A stretch of DNA of 64,000 bases from Terriglobia bacterium (lineage in GTDB: Bacteria > Acidobacteriota > Terriglobia > UBA7540 > JAPUME01): NCBI GenBank assembly GCA_965237895.1, contig CBDEGR010000001.1:99906-163905 (forward strand), given 5' to 3'. Positions 49,515 to 59,656 of this stretch are shown here, piece after piece (the first letter of the stretch is position 1; each line of letters starts with the position of its first letter). Made by a program: the position numbers and the translations under genes. The notes under the pieces were generated by a model. The model was not told where the DNA came from. It saw only the letters and a program-made list of their open reading frames with translations, and ran no database searches.

Positions 49515-49905
49515 AAGAAGGGGCGGGAAGTGCTCGGTTCAACGGTACTTCACTCCCCGGAGAAATCCCCCCGATTTCCCCTGCTCCGGCGGAGTTGCCT
49601 GCTCCCCACTGAACTCCAATCGCCTTTCGGTCTGCTTCCCAGACGTGACCGAAGCTCCCGGTGTCCGGCAAAGGTCTGGACTTCCGGGAGCACCTCAAAG
49701 ACCGCTTTCCCCCCCCCGCGCACCCACATCCGGTCGGCCAAGATCAAGTGCCGCCAGGCGGCGAGAGATTTCTCGACGGCCCGATAACTCCAGTCCGGCG
49801 ACCCGGGCGAATCAGAAAACAGCTCTGTCCCATGAAGGGGCCAAGAATCGGGTGGGGAACGGCGAGCGGAAAGTCGGCCCTCTTCTCTTGGCAGGCGCAA
49901 GCTGC

Positions 49906-50811
49906 TCAAGAGGAAGAATCTGCGACACGGACCTTCTCCCCCGTTATGTCCTCGAGCATGGTAATCACCGCCGCGTAATCAAGGTCCCCTTTGCCCTGCG
50001 CCTTTGCCGCCCCGTAGAGTTCTTTGACGACGGCTGCGGTCGGCATCGGCACGTTGTGGGCGTAGGCGTTCTCAAGCGCCAGCGATAGGTCTTTGTGCAT
50101 TAAACTCAAGGGGAAGTACGGCGTGAAGTCGCCCTTGAAGATGAAGGGTGCTTTGAAGTCGACGATGTGTGAGCGAGCGAAGCTGCCCTGCATGACGTCG
50201 AGAAACTGCTGCGGGTCCACCCCGGCCTTGGTGGCCGCCAGTATGCCTTCACAGAAGATCTGAAGCTGTGTGGCCAGGATGGCGTTCATCGCCACCTTGC
50301 AGGAGAGGCCCTTGCCGTTCCCGCCCAGGTGAATGAACTTCTTGCCCATGACCTCCAGCACCGGCGTGGCTTTGTCCAGCGTCTCCTGCTCGCCGCCCAA
50401 CATGAAGAGCAGCTCACCCTGTTCCGCTCCGTGCTTGCTGCCCGTCATCGGAGCATCGAGCAGGTCGGCGCCCTTTTCTTTCATCAAGTCGGCCAGCTTC
50501 ACGCTCACCACCGGGCTGATGGTGCTCGAATCGATCCACACCGCGCCGCTCCGGAGTGTCTCCAGGCCGCCGCCCTTGCCGCAGACCACCTCTTCCATGG
50601 CCGCCGAGTCGCTCACCACCGAGACGACGAACTCGGCCTTGGCGACCGCTTCGGCCGGCGTCGCGACAATCTTACCGCCCGCTTGTTTTACCGGCTCGGC
50701 TTTGCTCGCCGTGCGGTTGTACGCCGTCATTGAGTAACCGGCCTTGATGAGGTTCAGAGCCATCGGGGTTCCCATAATTCCCAATCCGATAAATCCCACT
50801 TCAGTTGCCAT
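49906..50811 (-). CDS. NAD(P)-dependent 3-hydroxyisobutyrate dehydrogenase-family reductase (tartronate semialdehyde reductase-like)
   Basis: VGFIGLGIMGTPMALNLIKAGY, DAPMTGSKHGAEQGEL, LMHKDLSLAL. Confidence 0.8.
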   Translation of the reverse strand: MATEVGFIGLGIMGTPMALNLIKAGYSMTAYNRTASKAEPVKQAGGKIVATPAEAVAKAEFVVSVVSDSAAMEEVVCGKGGGLETLRSGAVWIDSSTISPVVSVKLADLMKEKGADLLDAPMTGSKHGAEQGELLFMLGGEQETLDKATPVLEVMGKKFIHLGGNGKGLSCKVAMNAILATQLQIFCEGILAATKAGVDPQQFLDVMQGSFARSHIVDFKAPFIFKGDFTPYFPLSLMHKDLSLALENAYAHNVPMPTAAVVKELYGAAKAQGKGDLDYAAVITMLEDITGEKVRVADSSS

Positions 50812-50876
50812 CCGAAAGTCCTCCTCTTTTGAAAATGAATTAAAACCTATGTTTCCAGAACTGTCCTTAAACCGAT

Positions 50877-52226
50877 TTACGAAAAGGCGAGAAGCAGGCG
50901 GAGGTCGCGTACGTTGTTGTCCGTATATCCCGTCTCCAGTACGTCACCCAAGGAACGGAAGTAGTGGTACGAATCGTTCCCTTTATAGTGCGCATTTAAG
51001 TCCAGGCCCCGCGCATCGGCCCTGCCGAGGGTCTGTCCGTCGGCCACCGCGCCGGCGGCCGGAGAGTTTCCGTCCTTGCCGTCGGTCCCGGCACTCAGAA
51101 AGACCCTGTTCCGCCCGGCAATTTTCGGCGTCAGGTGAAGGACCATATGTTGGTTCCGCCCGCCGAATCCGGACCCCACAACCGGACAGGTGACCTCGCC
51201 GCCGAGAATTAAGCAGACAGGCTTTGCGGGATGCCTCTGGGCCAGTTGTTCGAGACGCGCCAGGGCTGCCTCTCCCACCTCTCGATAATTTTCGTCCCAT
51301 TTACCCGTATCAATTTCCGCCCAAAACCCCAGTTTTTCTGCCACCGCGCGCGCCGCCTCCACCGCGTCGCGGTTCGAGAGAAGGCAGAAGAGGTGCGATT
51401 TTTCGAGCCTTTTGTCCTCGGGCTTCGGCGTCTCTTGAAGCTTTTCTTTTTCGAACAGGTCTCGAATCGTCGCCGGCAGCTGGGGCGCAAGCTCATACCG
51501 GGCAGCAATCTTGTAGCACTCCTCGAGCGTTGATTCATCCGCCAGCGTCGGCCCGGAAGCCACCATCGAGGGGAACTGTTCAGGAACGTCGGTAATGTAG
51601 ATCGTCAGCCGGTTGGCCGGGTCGGCCTGAATCCCCAACCTGCCGCCTTTGATGGCGGAAAGGTGTTTGCGGATAACGTTCATCTCCTCAATCGGCATTC
51701 CTGCATCGACCAGAACTCGGTTGAGGCCCTCCATATCCTGAAGGGTGATGTCCGGCGAGAGGGGCCTCTCCAGCAGCGCCGAGCCTCCGCCGGAGACCAG
51801 GTAGAGAACGCAATCATCCTCCTGTAACCCCGCAGCCAACTCCAACGCCGCCTGCGCTGCCTGGAAGCTTTCCTCGTTCGGATAGGGATGGCCGCCCAAA
51901 AAGTAGCGAAATTTACCGATTCGCTCGGCGGGGTCGAGGGGGGAAGCGACGACGCCGGCCTCCACGCGCCCGTCGAGAATCTCATACATTACGGCGGCCA
52001 TGCGGTTCGCCGCCTTTCCGAAAGCGATGACGCGCGGCGGCCGGGTGAGGGGAAACGAGTGGCCGTTGAAGCCCAGAACATCCCCCTGGCGGCGAATCCT
52101 CCGCTTCATGGTCTGCCCCACGTCGATTGCCGCCAGCACCTCGACGAAGATTTGCCGGGCCAGCTCTTTGCCTTTTTCGTAGGTCGGACTCGTCGCGGCG
52201 ATGTTTGAGGCGGAGCTTTCTGTCAT
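50877..52226 (-). CDS. Glycerate 2-kinase / hydroxypyruvate reductase-like (DUF4147 + MOFRL)
   Basis: VIAFGKAANRMA, LVSGGGSALLE, ILGGEVTCPVVGSGFGGRNQHMVL, FLSAGTDGKDG. Adjacent to the reductase, consistent with a glycerate pathway pair. Confidence 0.8.
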   Translation of the reverse strand: MTESSASNIAATSPTYEKGKELARQIFVEVLAAIDVGQTMKRRIRRQGDVLGFNGHSFPLTRPPRVIAFGKAANRMAAVMYEILDGRVEAGVVASPLDPAERIGKFRYFLGGHPYPNEESFQAAQAALELAAGLQEDDCVLYLVSGGGSALLERPLSPDITLQDMEGLNRVLVDAGMPIEEMNVIRKHLSAIKGGRLGIQADPANRLTIYITDVPEQFPSMVASGPTLADESTLEECYKIAARYELAPQLPATIRDLFEKEKLQETPKPEDKRLEKSHLFCLLSNRDAVEAARAVAEKLGFWAEIDTGKWDENYREVGEAALARLEQLAQRHPAKPVCLILGGEVTCPVVGSGFGGRNQHMVLHLTPKIAGRNRVFLSAGTDGKDGNSPAAGAVADGQTLGRADARGLDLNAHYKGNDSYHYFRSLGDVLETGYTDNNVRDLRLLLAFS

Positions 52227-52449
52227 GGAAAACCTTTACGGGGAACCCCGTCAGCAGAATCCTTTCCTGTTCTTGATTCGTAGGGGCTAAGACGCTTGAT
52301 TATCGGAGATTAGGCTGCGAAACGCAAGCCTGCACCGAACGGGAAACCACCCGAGAGGGGTCCTTTGCCGCCCACCCGGTTGATTTTAGGAGTGAGGGTA
52401 GGTGATACTACAGGTTCACCAAAGTGTTCCCCAGAGGAAACGAGAATCT

Positions 52450-53103
52450 ATGGAAAACAAGAAGAATCCTGCCAAGATCAATCGCCGAACCGCCCTGAAA
52501 AACTTGGCAAAGGGAGCTGGAGCGACGGCGGCGCTTCCCGTGATGATCCCCGCGGTGGGAAATGCCGCTTCCACCTCGCACACTCATTCCGCCGGCCGGC
52601 CGGCCGACCCCATCAGCGGCAGCGCCTTGCCCCCGGACCCTACGCTGACCGCGGCCGATTGGGCGCCGAAGTTTCTCGACGCTCATCAGAGCGCGATGCT
52701 GGAGGCTTTTGCCGAGACCGTGATTCCAACCACCGATACGCCCGGAGCCTCCGACGCCCAGGTGCACCGTTTTCTCGATTTTCTGATGAATGAGGAGGCC
52801 GAAGAGACGCGCCGCCGCTTCGTGCAAGCGCTCTCGGGCCTTGATGCCCATTGCCTGAACCGTTTCCAGACTCCTTTCGTTCGTCTTTCCGGCAAGAAAC
52901 AGTTCGAAGTCCTCTCCGCACTCGCCGAGGCAGATTCCAGGACCTCGTCGGACCCGGCCGTCCAACACTTTGCTCATTTAAAGGGGTGGGTGGTTCGAGT
53001 CTTCTATAATTCCGAGGCGGGATATAAGGCGCTCGGGTTCGAAGGCGAGTATTTCCATTCCGAGTACCCCCACTGTCCCAACCCGGACGAACATAAGGCC
53101 TAA
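52450..53103 (+). CDS. Tat-exported gluconate 2-dehydrogenase subunit 3-family protein
   Basis: MENKKNPAKINRRTALKNLAKGAGATAALP (twin-Arg), then LEAFAETVIPTTDTPGASDAQVHRFLDFLM. No adjacent GMC flavoprotein gene. Confidence 0.65.
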   Translation: MENKKNPAKINRRTALKNLAKGAGATAALPVMIPAVGNAASTSHTHSAGRPADPISGSALPPDPTLTAADWAPKFLDAHQSAMLEAFAETVIPTTDTPGASDAQVHRFLDFLMNEEAEETRRRFVQALSGLDAHCLNRFQTPFVRLSGKKQFEVLSALAEADSRTSSDPAVQHFAHLKGWVVRVFYNSEAGYKALGFEGEYFHSEYPHCPNPDEHKA

Positions 53104-53230
53104 CGCCGGTTCTTTCCCGACGATCTCTCTTTCTCTCGTCCGTCCCCCATCTCGGAGTTAATGTCGGAGCAATGGGAGTGTCTGTTTTCTAGCCTTCCCT
53201 CTGCCGTTCCGTCGGCTTTCTACCGGCCAT

Positions 53231-54265
53231 CTACTGTAGGGAGGCTTTATAGGATTCGTACAGTTCCGCCACCTTCGCCTGCTCGGCGTCGCCGGGATGA
53301 ATGACCACCCGGTAGCGGAGCGTGAACGAGGTTCCCGGTTCGATGGTGACGCTGCCGTCGCGCGTCTCGTCATTAAAGAAATGGTGCTCGCCGAAGGGAT
53401 TCGCCGCAAATAACCCGTAGCCGCGGGCGTGCCAATAAGTGGGATGCTTCAGATTTCCCGGGTGGTCGAAGATCGCAATGCCGAGCGATTCGCCTTCCAC
53501 CGTACCGGAATAGTCGACCCAGGGGGCCGGTTTACCCCAGACTTCTTTTTCTCCCTTCGCGCCTTCCGAGTTCATCATGACCAGCCCTTCCTTTTCCCGC
53601 AGAGCATCCACCACGCGGATGGCGAACGTGCCTTCCTTCGTGTCGCCCAGTTTCACGGCGTCGGCGCCGGCGGTAAGGGTGAATTCGCAGTCGATGACCC
53701 GTGAACCCTCGTCGGCGTGGAAAACGTACGTCTGCTGCATTTCGCCCAGTACTTTATCCTCCCGCGGGTCGACAAGGTCGAACTGGGCGCTGATTTCGCC
53801 GTTTTCAGCGGAGAGCAATTTCTTGAAGACGGCCCGCCCGCGCGTCATGCCCTCTTCCACGTACTGCTTGCCGGCGGCCGTCTCCACCTTCCGGCCCTGA
53901 GGCTGTCCCTCGGCCCAGAAGTCGATGCCGTTGATGTCGCCGTGCGCGAAGTAGAGCGCCCGGTGGTGGGGATGGTCTTGGGTCTCGCCCTCGATATCGG
54001 TCCGCATCGGAAAGCCTCGCGTGACGATGGTCCCCTTGGCTGAACGCAATGGATGCAGATAGGGCTTGGGAGCCTCTTCTCCGAAGTAGTATGTCGTGAA
54101 AGGCTTCCCGTTGATCGAAACCTCAACGTGATTGTCCGCTTTCGTGAGCTGCACACCGTCGGCGGATGAGGCATCGGTGTCGGGTCCGTCCGCGGGAGTG
54201 CAGGAAAAAATCAACAAAAGACCGGCTAATGGGGCCCAAAGTCGCAGGTCGAGTATGCTTTTCAT
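53231..54265 (-). CDS. PmoA-like (DUF6807) family lipoprotein
   Basis: Lipoprotein-type start MKSILDLRLWAPLAGLLLIFSC (ATG 54265). FTTYYFGEEAPKPYLHPLRSAKGTIVTRGFP...DHPHHRALYFAHGDINGIDFW. Confidence 0.7.
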   Translation of the reverse strand: MKSILDLRLWAPLAGLLLIFSCTPADGPDTDASSADGVQLTKADNHVEVSINGKPFTTYYFGEEAPKPYLHPLRSAKGTIVTRGFPMRTDIEGETQDHPHHRALYFAHGDINGIDFWAEGQPQGRKVETAAGKQYVEEGMTRGRAVFKKLLSAENGEISAQFDLVDPREDKVLGEMQQTYVFHADEGSRVIDCEFTLTAGADAVKLGDTKEGTFAIRVVDALREKEGLVMMNSEGAKGEKEVWGKPAPWVDYSGTVEGESLGIAIFDHPGNLKHPTYWHARGYGLFAANPFGEHHFFNDETRDGSVTIEPGTSFTLRYRVVIHPGDAEQAKVAELYESYKASLQ

Positions 54266-54481
54266 CCGTAGGTTTTCCAATATAAATCCGGCAATTTGGA
54301 ACGGGACGAAGTGAGACTCGGGGAGTGAAGCCCCCGTAAGCCCCTTCAGCCTGCCCGTTTGAGTGATGTTTCCGAACCGGCCTGCTTGGCAGCCCTGATT
54401 CCGTTCCGCTGACCCCGATGAAAAGACCATCGGGTCAAGCGTTCATCGATCGTTGATCGATCCGCCGATCCGGCCGTCTGT

Positions 54482-55060
<579 letters not shown>

Positions 55061-55166
55061 ACGGAATCCCTCCTGGGAGATAAAATCACAATCTAGCTGT
55101 TGTGTAGGGCGCATTATACCCACCCAGGCCCCGATTCACAACAGAATCCGGCAAAGCGGGCAGGGA

Positions 55167-55288
<122 letters not shown>

Positions 55289-55455
55289 GTCTGAAGGCGT
55301 CTTAGAAGAAGAATGAGACGAAATAGTCGGTGGGGAGCCATTCAGCAGTTTCCTAGGAAGAAAATAATGCGCTTGAATGGCCTTAGACCGCTTATATTTG
55401 TGTAAGCTATTGAAAATAAACATAATAATAAAATAAACAGTAATCATCAATTTTA

Positions 55456-55484
55456 TTGACAATATGTAACTAATATTTTATTAT
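55456..55484 (+). promoter_or_regulatory. Candidate sigma70-type promoter for hsp20 inside an AT-rich block
   Basis: TTGACA (55456-55461), 17 nt spacer, TATTAT (55479-55484), about 45 nt before ATG 55530. The flanking sequence is very AT-rich (15 G/C in the 60 nt 55381-55440). Confidence 0.45.
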
Positions 55485-55529
55485 TGCATCTAACTATGAT
55501 GACTAAGAAATTCTATAGAAGGGACAAAA

Positions 55530-55991
55530 ATGCTACTTACTAAATGGCAACCAATTCCAAGCCTCTCGGCTTGGCCGAACCAATTTTTCGCGGACATTGA
55601 CAATCTTCTGGCTCACTTCTGGGATGATGACCAGCTGAAGGCCGGAGGGTTGAAAGAAGCCGAGTGGACGCCTCGCGTAGACGTCTACGAGAACAAGGAC
55701 AACTTTGTCGTGAAAGCTGAGCTTCCCGGCATCGACCCGAAGGACCTTGAGGTTCGGATTGAAGACGAAACCCTTTACCTAAAGGGTGAGCGGAAGCTTG
55801 AAAAAGAACAGAAGGAAGAGAACTACTACAAAAGGGAGCGCGCCTACGGCAGTTTTGCCCGCTCGTTCTCACTTCCTTCGAGCGTCAATACCGAAAAGGT
55901 ATTGGCCGAGTATAAGGACGGGCTGCTTCGCTTGACCCTGCCGAAGTGGGAAGAGGCAAAGCCGAAGTCCATCCAGGTCGCCGTAAAGTAA
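55530..55991 (+). CDS. Hsp20/alpha-crystallin family small heat-shock protein
   Basis: [43 protein letters not shown]...[14 protein letters not shown]...[14 protein letters not shown]. Confidence 0.9.
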   Translation: MLLTKWQPIPSLSAWPNQFFADIDNLLAHFWDDDQLKAGGLKEAEWTPRVDVYENKDNFVVKAELPGIDPKDLEVRIEDETLYLKGERKLEKEQKEENYYKRERAYGSFARSFSLPSSVNTEKVLAEYKDGLLRLTLPKWEEAKPKSIQVAVK

Positions 55992-56036
55992 GGGTACTTC
56001 GAACGGCGCCTGGCCGGTTCCCCGAGGGTGATTCTC

Positions 56037-56061
56037 GCGCCCCCGGGGGGCCGTTTTTTTT
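56037..56061 (+). terminator. Candidate intrinsic terminator after hsp20
   Basis: Short all-G/C hairpin (gcgcccccggggggccg) followed by T8 (56054-56061). Confidence 0.45.
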
Positions 56062-56074
56062 GAAGAGGAACCCT

Positions 56075-56740
56075 ATGTCCATTCGTTATGACAAATTCAC
56101 TTTGAAAACTCAGGAAGGGCTGCAAGCCTGCTCCCAGGTTGCCGGCCTTTTCGGCAATCAGCAGTTGGAACCGGTGCATCTGCTACTGGCCCTGTTGGGG
56201 CAGGAAGAAGGCGTCGTTCCGGCGATTCTCGCCCGGTTGGGTGTATCGGCAGACACGCTGCGGCAAGAGGCCGAGACTACTACCGAAGCTCTTCCCAAGG
56301 TAAGCGGCGGGTCGGAGGATTACCTTTCGCCCGCGCTTAAGGGAGTTCTCGAGGCCGCGGTTCGAGAGACGGAATCTTTTAAGGACGAGTTTGTCTCTAC
56401 CGAGCACTTTTTTCTGGCTCTCACGAAGGACAAGAGCGGGAAAGTTGGAGAGATTCTCAAACGGCACGGCATCTCGCATGATGCCGTTTTGAAGGCACTG
56501 ACTGCGGTTCGAGGCCCTCATCGCGTGACCGACCTGAATCCGGAAGCAAAATATCAGGCGCTGGAGCGCTATGCGCGCGACCTGACCGATCTTGCCCGTT
56601 GCGGCAAGCTTGACCCTGTCATTGGCCGCGACGACGAGGTCCGCCGGGTCATTCAGGTTCTCTCCCGTCGTACAAAAAACAATCCCGTAGGGTGGGGAAA
56701 GGGAGGGCAGCCTATGGCAGCTTGGCGAAGGGAATCATGA
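56075..56740 (+). pseudogene. clpB: clpB 5' fragment (Clp N-domain plus the first residues of NBD1), truncated at about 56690
   Basis: [41 protein letters not shown]...[27 protein letters not shown] is canonical ClpB up to the residue before the Walker A (expected LIGEPGVGKT). The frame instead continues [16 protein letters not shown], which is the antisense of the hom 3' end. Confidence 0.75.
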
Positions 56741-58082
56741 GCGGCGGCTCGACCATGAAGGGGAGCTTCCGCATGGCGGTGAGCGCCTTACGGAGCTGCT
56801 TGCCGGGCGTCGGCTCCAGCGTCATGACGAAGGGCAGACGGTTCTTGGGCAGGCCGGGCTCCTGCAGTACAGCGTCAATGTTGATCTTATAGCGGGCGAA
56901 GATTCCGGCTGCCTGGGCCAGGATGCCGGGCCGGTCGCGGATGACGAAGCGGACAAAGGCCCCTTGCGGCGTCTCGTCCGGGCTGGCGATGCGGACCGGG
57001 TTCCAGGACTCGTATCCGAGAAAACTCTTACTGCTGGCCCCGGCCAGGATCATCCGGGCGATGCCGACCACGTCAGAGATGACGGCCACGCCGGTCGGGT
57101 CGCCGCCCGCGCCCTGGCCCGAATAGAGCGTTGTCCCGCCCTTGCTTCCCACCAGCACCAGACCCATATCCGCCCCGGTTACGCGAGCCAGTACGGAATT
57201 GCGGGGCACCATCCACGGGCCGGTGGTAATCTCCAGTTTCCCGGACCCGAGCCGCCGCGCGGCGGCAATCAGGCGGATGGTGTATCCGAGCTTGTGCGCG
57301 TAGGTGAAGTCGATGGGGTTGATGCGGGTAATGCCTTCGACCGGGGTGTCGGCGGCGCGAATCTCGGCGCCGAAGCAGACCATCGAAAGAATGGCGATCT
57401 TGTAGCGGGCGTCGTAGCCCTCGACGTCAAAAGCGGGGTCCGGCTCGGCGTAGCCTTTCTGCTGGGCCTCTTTCAGAGCCTCTTGGTAGTCGCAGCCGCG
57501 CCGCTCCATCTCCGTCAGGATGTAGTTCGTCGTGCCGTTCAGGATACCGTAGACGGCGGTAAAGCTCTCCCCAGCCAGACCCTCGCGGATGGCGTGGAGG
57601 ACGGGCGTGCCGCCGGCAACGCAGGCCTCAATGCCGAGCGAGACGTTCTGTTGTTGGCTCAAGCGGAAGAGGTCCACGCCGTGCTCGGCCACCAGGAACT
57701 TGTTGGCGGTGACGAAGTGTTTGCCGCGCTTGACGGTTTCCCGCGCAATGGCCAAGGCGGTCTTCGGTTGGCCGACCAGCTCGACGACGATGTCGATGTC
57801 GGGGTCACTGACGACGTCGCGCCAATCATTTTTGGTCTCCACCTTGCGGCCCATCCAAGAGAGATTCCGCCGGTGGATGGTACGGGAACAGACGGTTTTG
57901 AGCACCAGACGGCCTCCCAGGCGGCGCTCCAACTCTTTCTGGTGGTCCAGCAAGACCCCGACGGTTCCCTTGCCGACCGTCCCCAGGCCGATGACGCCCA
58001 CCTGGACAAGGCGTCCGTTGGCGAGCGAAGGGTAAGGCGCGGACGTGCCTCGCTGATTCCCTTTTTTCGGGGATTTCCTCAT
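56712..58082 (-). CDS. hom: Homoserine dehydrogenase with C-terminal ACT domain
   Basis: [47 protein letters not shown]-like [24 protein letters not shown]. Start uncertain. Confidence 0.88.
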   Translation of the reverse strand: MRKSPKKGNQRGTSAPYPSLANGRLVQVGVIGLGTVGKGTVGVLLDHQKELERRLGGRLVLKTVCSRTIHRRNLSWMGRKVETKNDWRDVVSDPDIDIVVELVGQPKTALAIARETVKRGKHFVTANKFLVAEHGVDLFRLSQQQNVSLGIEACVAGGTPVLHAIREGLAGESFTAVYGILNGTTNYILTEMERRGCDYQEALKEAQQKGYAEPDPAFDVEGYDARYKIAILSMVCFGAEIRAADTPVEGITRINPIDFTYAHKLGYTIRLIAAARRLGSGKLEITTGPWMVPRNSVLARVTGADMGLVLVGSKGGTTLYSGQGAGGDPTGVAVISDVVGIARMILAGASSKSFLGYESWNPVRIASPDETPQGAFVRFVIRDRPGILAQAAGIFARYKINIDAVLQEPGLPKNRLPFVMTLEPTPGKQLRKALTAMRKLPFMVEPPLMIPFAKLP

Positions 58083-58422
58083 AGATGTCGATTGCTCCCC
58101 AGGATGAACGATGGACTCGGATGAACGCCTAAGTTATCGAAAAACCTGAGGATACGTCAATAGCGAAGATTCGCTGGGGCCTTCTGAAGATGAAAAAGGA
58201 CCCATGGAAAGGTTGAATCCGGCCCTGATTCGTGCGAAACTTGCCCCTGGCCGGGAGGCGAAAAATTTATCAGGGGGTACAACTCCAGTGCCGACCGGCG
58301 CATCTAAAAATGGGTAGGTAAAAGAAAGACTGAAGGGATCGACAGAAATGTCGATTAGGAATTTTAGGAATAAATCTCTGCCTGTTTCCAGGCTGGAGTT
58401 TCCCAACGGAGGGTAAAAAGAG

Positions 58423-59391
58423 ATGACGGATGAGAAAAAAGATCGTGACGCATTGCGCGCGATTTTTGGAGGCATCGGAGACGAGGACTCGCAGCAGACC
58501 CAGCGAATCGTTGCTCCGGTATCTGGGGGTGGAAGCGGTTCGGCTGAGGACGGAGGCGGTTTCGGGGGCCCGAACAGCAAATCCATGCTGATTCTGGTGA
58601 TTGTGCTTGCCGTGCTCACGGTCGGCAGCTTGATCTTCGGATTTACAACTTTCCGGTCTTTGAATAACAGCCAAGCCGCGTATGAGGATCAGATCAACCT
58701 GCTCACGCGGCGGCTGGACAGCAGCGACCAAGTGTATGCCGACTTGAAGGGGCAGTTTCAGGTTTCTTCGGACAAGTTGGGCCTGACGCAGAGGGATTTG
58801 GCGCGGGCGCGACGGCTGGCCAACAATATCCAGAAAGAGCAGAAGGTGGCCGTCAACCAATTGAGCGATGCCATCGAAATGAAGGCCAGCACCGAAGAGC
58901 TCAACCGCCTTCAGGAAGAATCCGCCGCCAAGTTCAGCAACCTAAGTTCCAGTATCACAGGCACGCAGAGAGACCTGGACGCCACCAAGGAAGCGCTGGC
59001 GGGCACGCGAGATGAATTGGGCGGGCTGATTGCCGGCAACCGCGAAGAACTGGTGGCCTTGGCCCGTCGGACCGACCGCGACTACTTCGAATTCGCCCTT
59101 GCCAAAAAGGGCGCCCGGCAGAAGATCGGCAGCGTAATGATCGAGCTTCGCAAGGTAAACACCAAACGGAATCTCTACACCGTCCGCCTCGCCTACGACG
59201 ACAAGTGGACGGAGAAACGTAACAAGTCGATCAACGAGCCGGTTTACTTCTATCCGGTCGGGTCGCCGCAACCGTTGGAGTTGGTCATCAATAAGATCGA
59301 CAAGAGGGGCGTTACCGGCTATATCAGCACGCCACGATCCTATTTCCCGGATGGGACTGACTCGAAGGTTCTCCAGAAGCGGCCGGTGTAG
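58423..59391 (+). CDS. Membrane-anchored coiled-coil hypothetical protein
   Basis: GGAGGG RBS; Gly-rich N-terminus, one TM (MLILVIVLAVLTVGSLIFGF), long heptad-like region (LTRRLDSSDQVYADLKGQF...EELNRLQEESAAKF), and a globular C-terminus. Confidence 0.6.
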   Translation: MTDEKKDRDALRAIFGGIGDEDSQQTQRIVAPVSGGGSGSAEDGGGFGGPNSKSMLILVIVLAVLTVGSLIFGFTTFRSLNNSQAAYEDQINLLTRRLDSSDQVYADLKGQFQVSSDKLGLTQRDLARARRLANNIQKEQKVAVNQLSDAIEMKASTEELNRLQEESAAKFSNLSSSITGTQRDLDATKEALAGTRDELGGLIAGNREELVALARRTDRDYFEFALAKKGARQKIGSVMIELRKVNTKRNLYTVRLAYDDKWTEKRNKSINEPVYFYPVGSPQPLELVINKIDKRGVTGYISTPRSYFPDGTDSKVLQKRPV

Positions 59392-59413
59392 TTCCTCCAT
59401 TACGATCTTTTTC

Positions 59414-59455
59414 AGGGTGGATAGGGGATGCTCCTACCCACCCTATTTCTTTTTC
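59414..59455 (+). terminator. Intrinsic terminator after 58423..59391
   Basis: AGGGTGG-ATAGGGG-atg-CTCCTAC-CCACCCT, a long imperfect hairpin followed by ATTTCTTTTT. Confidence 0.55.
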
Positions 59456-59656
59456 CGAATCCCCTGCTCCTTGCTGCCGGTCAGTATAAAAGAGCGGCCC
59501 GGCCTCCCCTGTTGTTTCTTGCGCGTGGGACTTTATTCCTTCGTTCATCTGTTGTAAACTGCAAAGACCTAAAGCGGAACTATAGTGTTCCCTCCTCCCA
59601 GAGGGGAACAATTCCTTAATCTCCTTAGAGTTGATACCCAGGAAAGGAGCTTCTCG

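Noticed and set aside
49550-49909. 119-aa ORF whose TTG start overlaps the stop of the reductase gene (TTGA), a possible coupled small gene.
   Set aside because: Both ends are Arg/Ser/Gly-rich, the start codon is weak, and there is no recognisable domain. A central stretch (PDWSYRAVEKSLAAWRHLILADRMW) looks protein-like, so it may be a gene remnant, but I cannot support a call.
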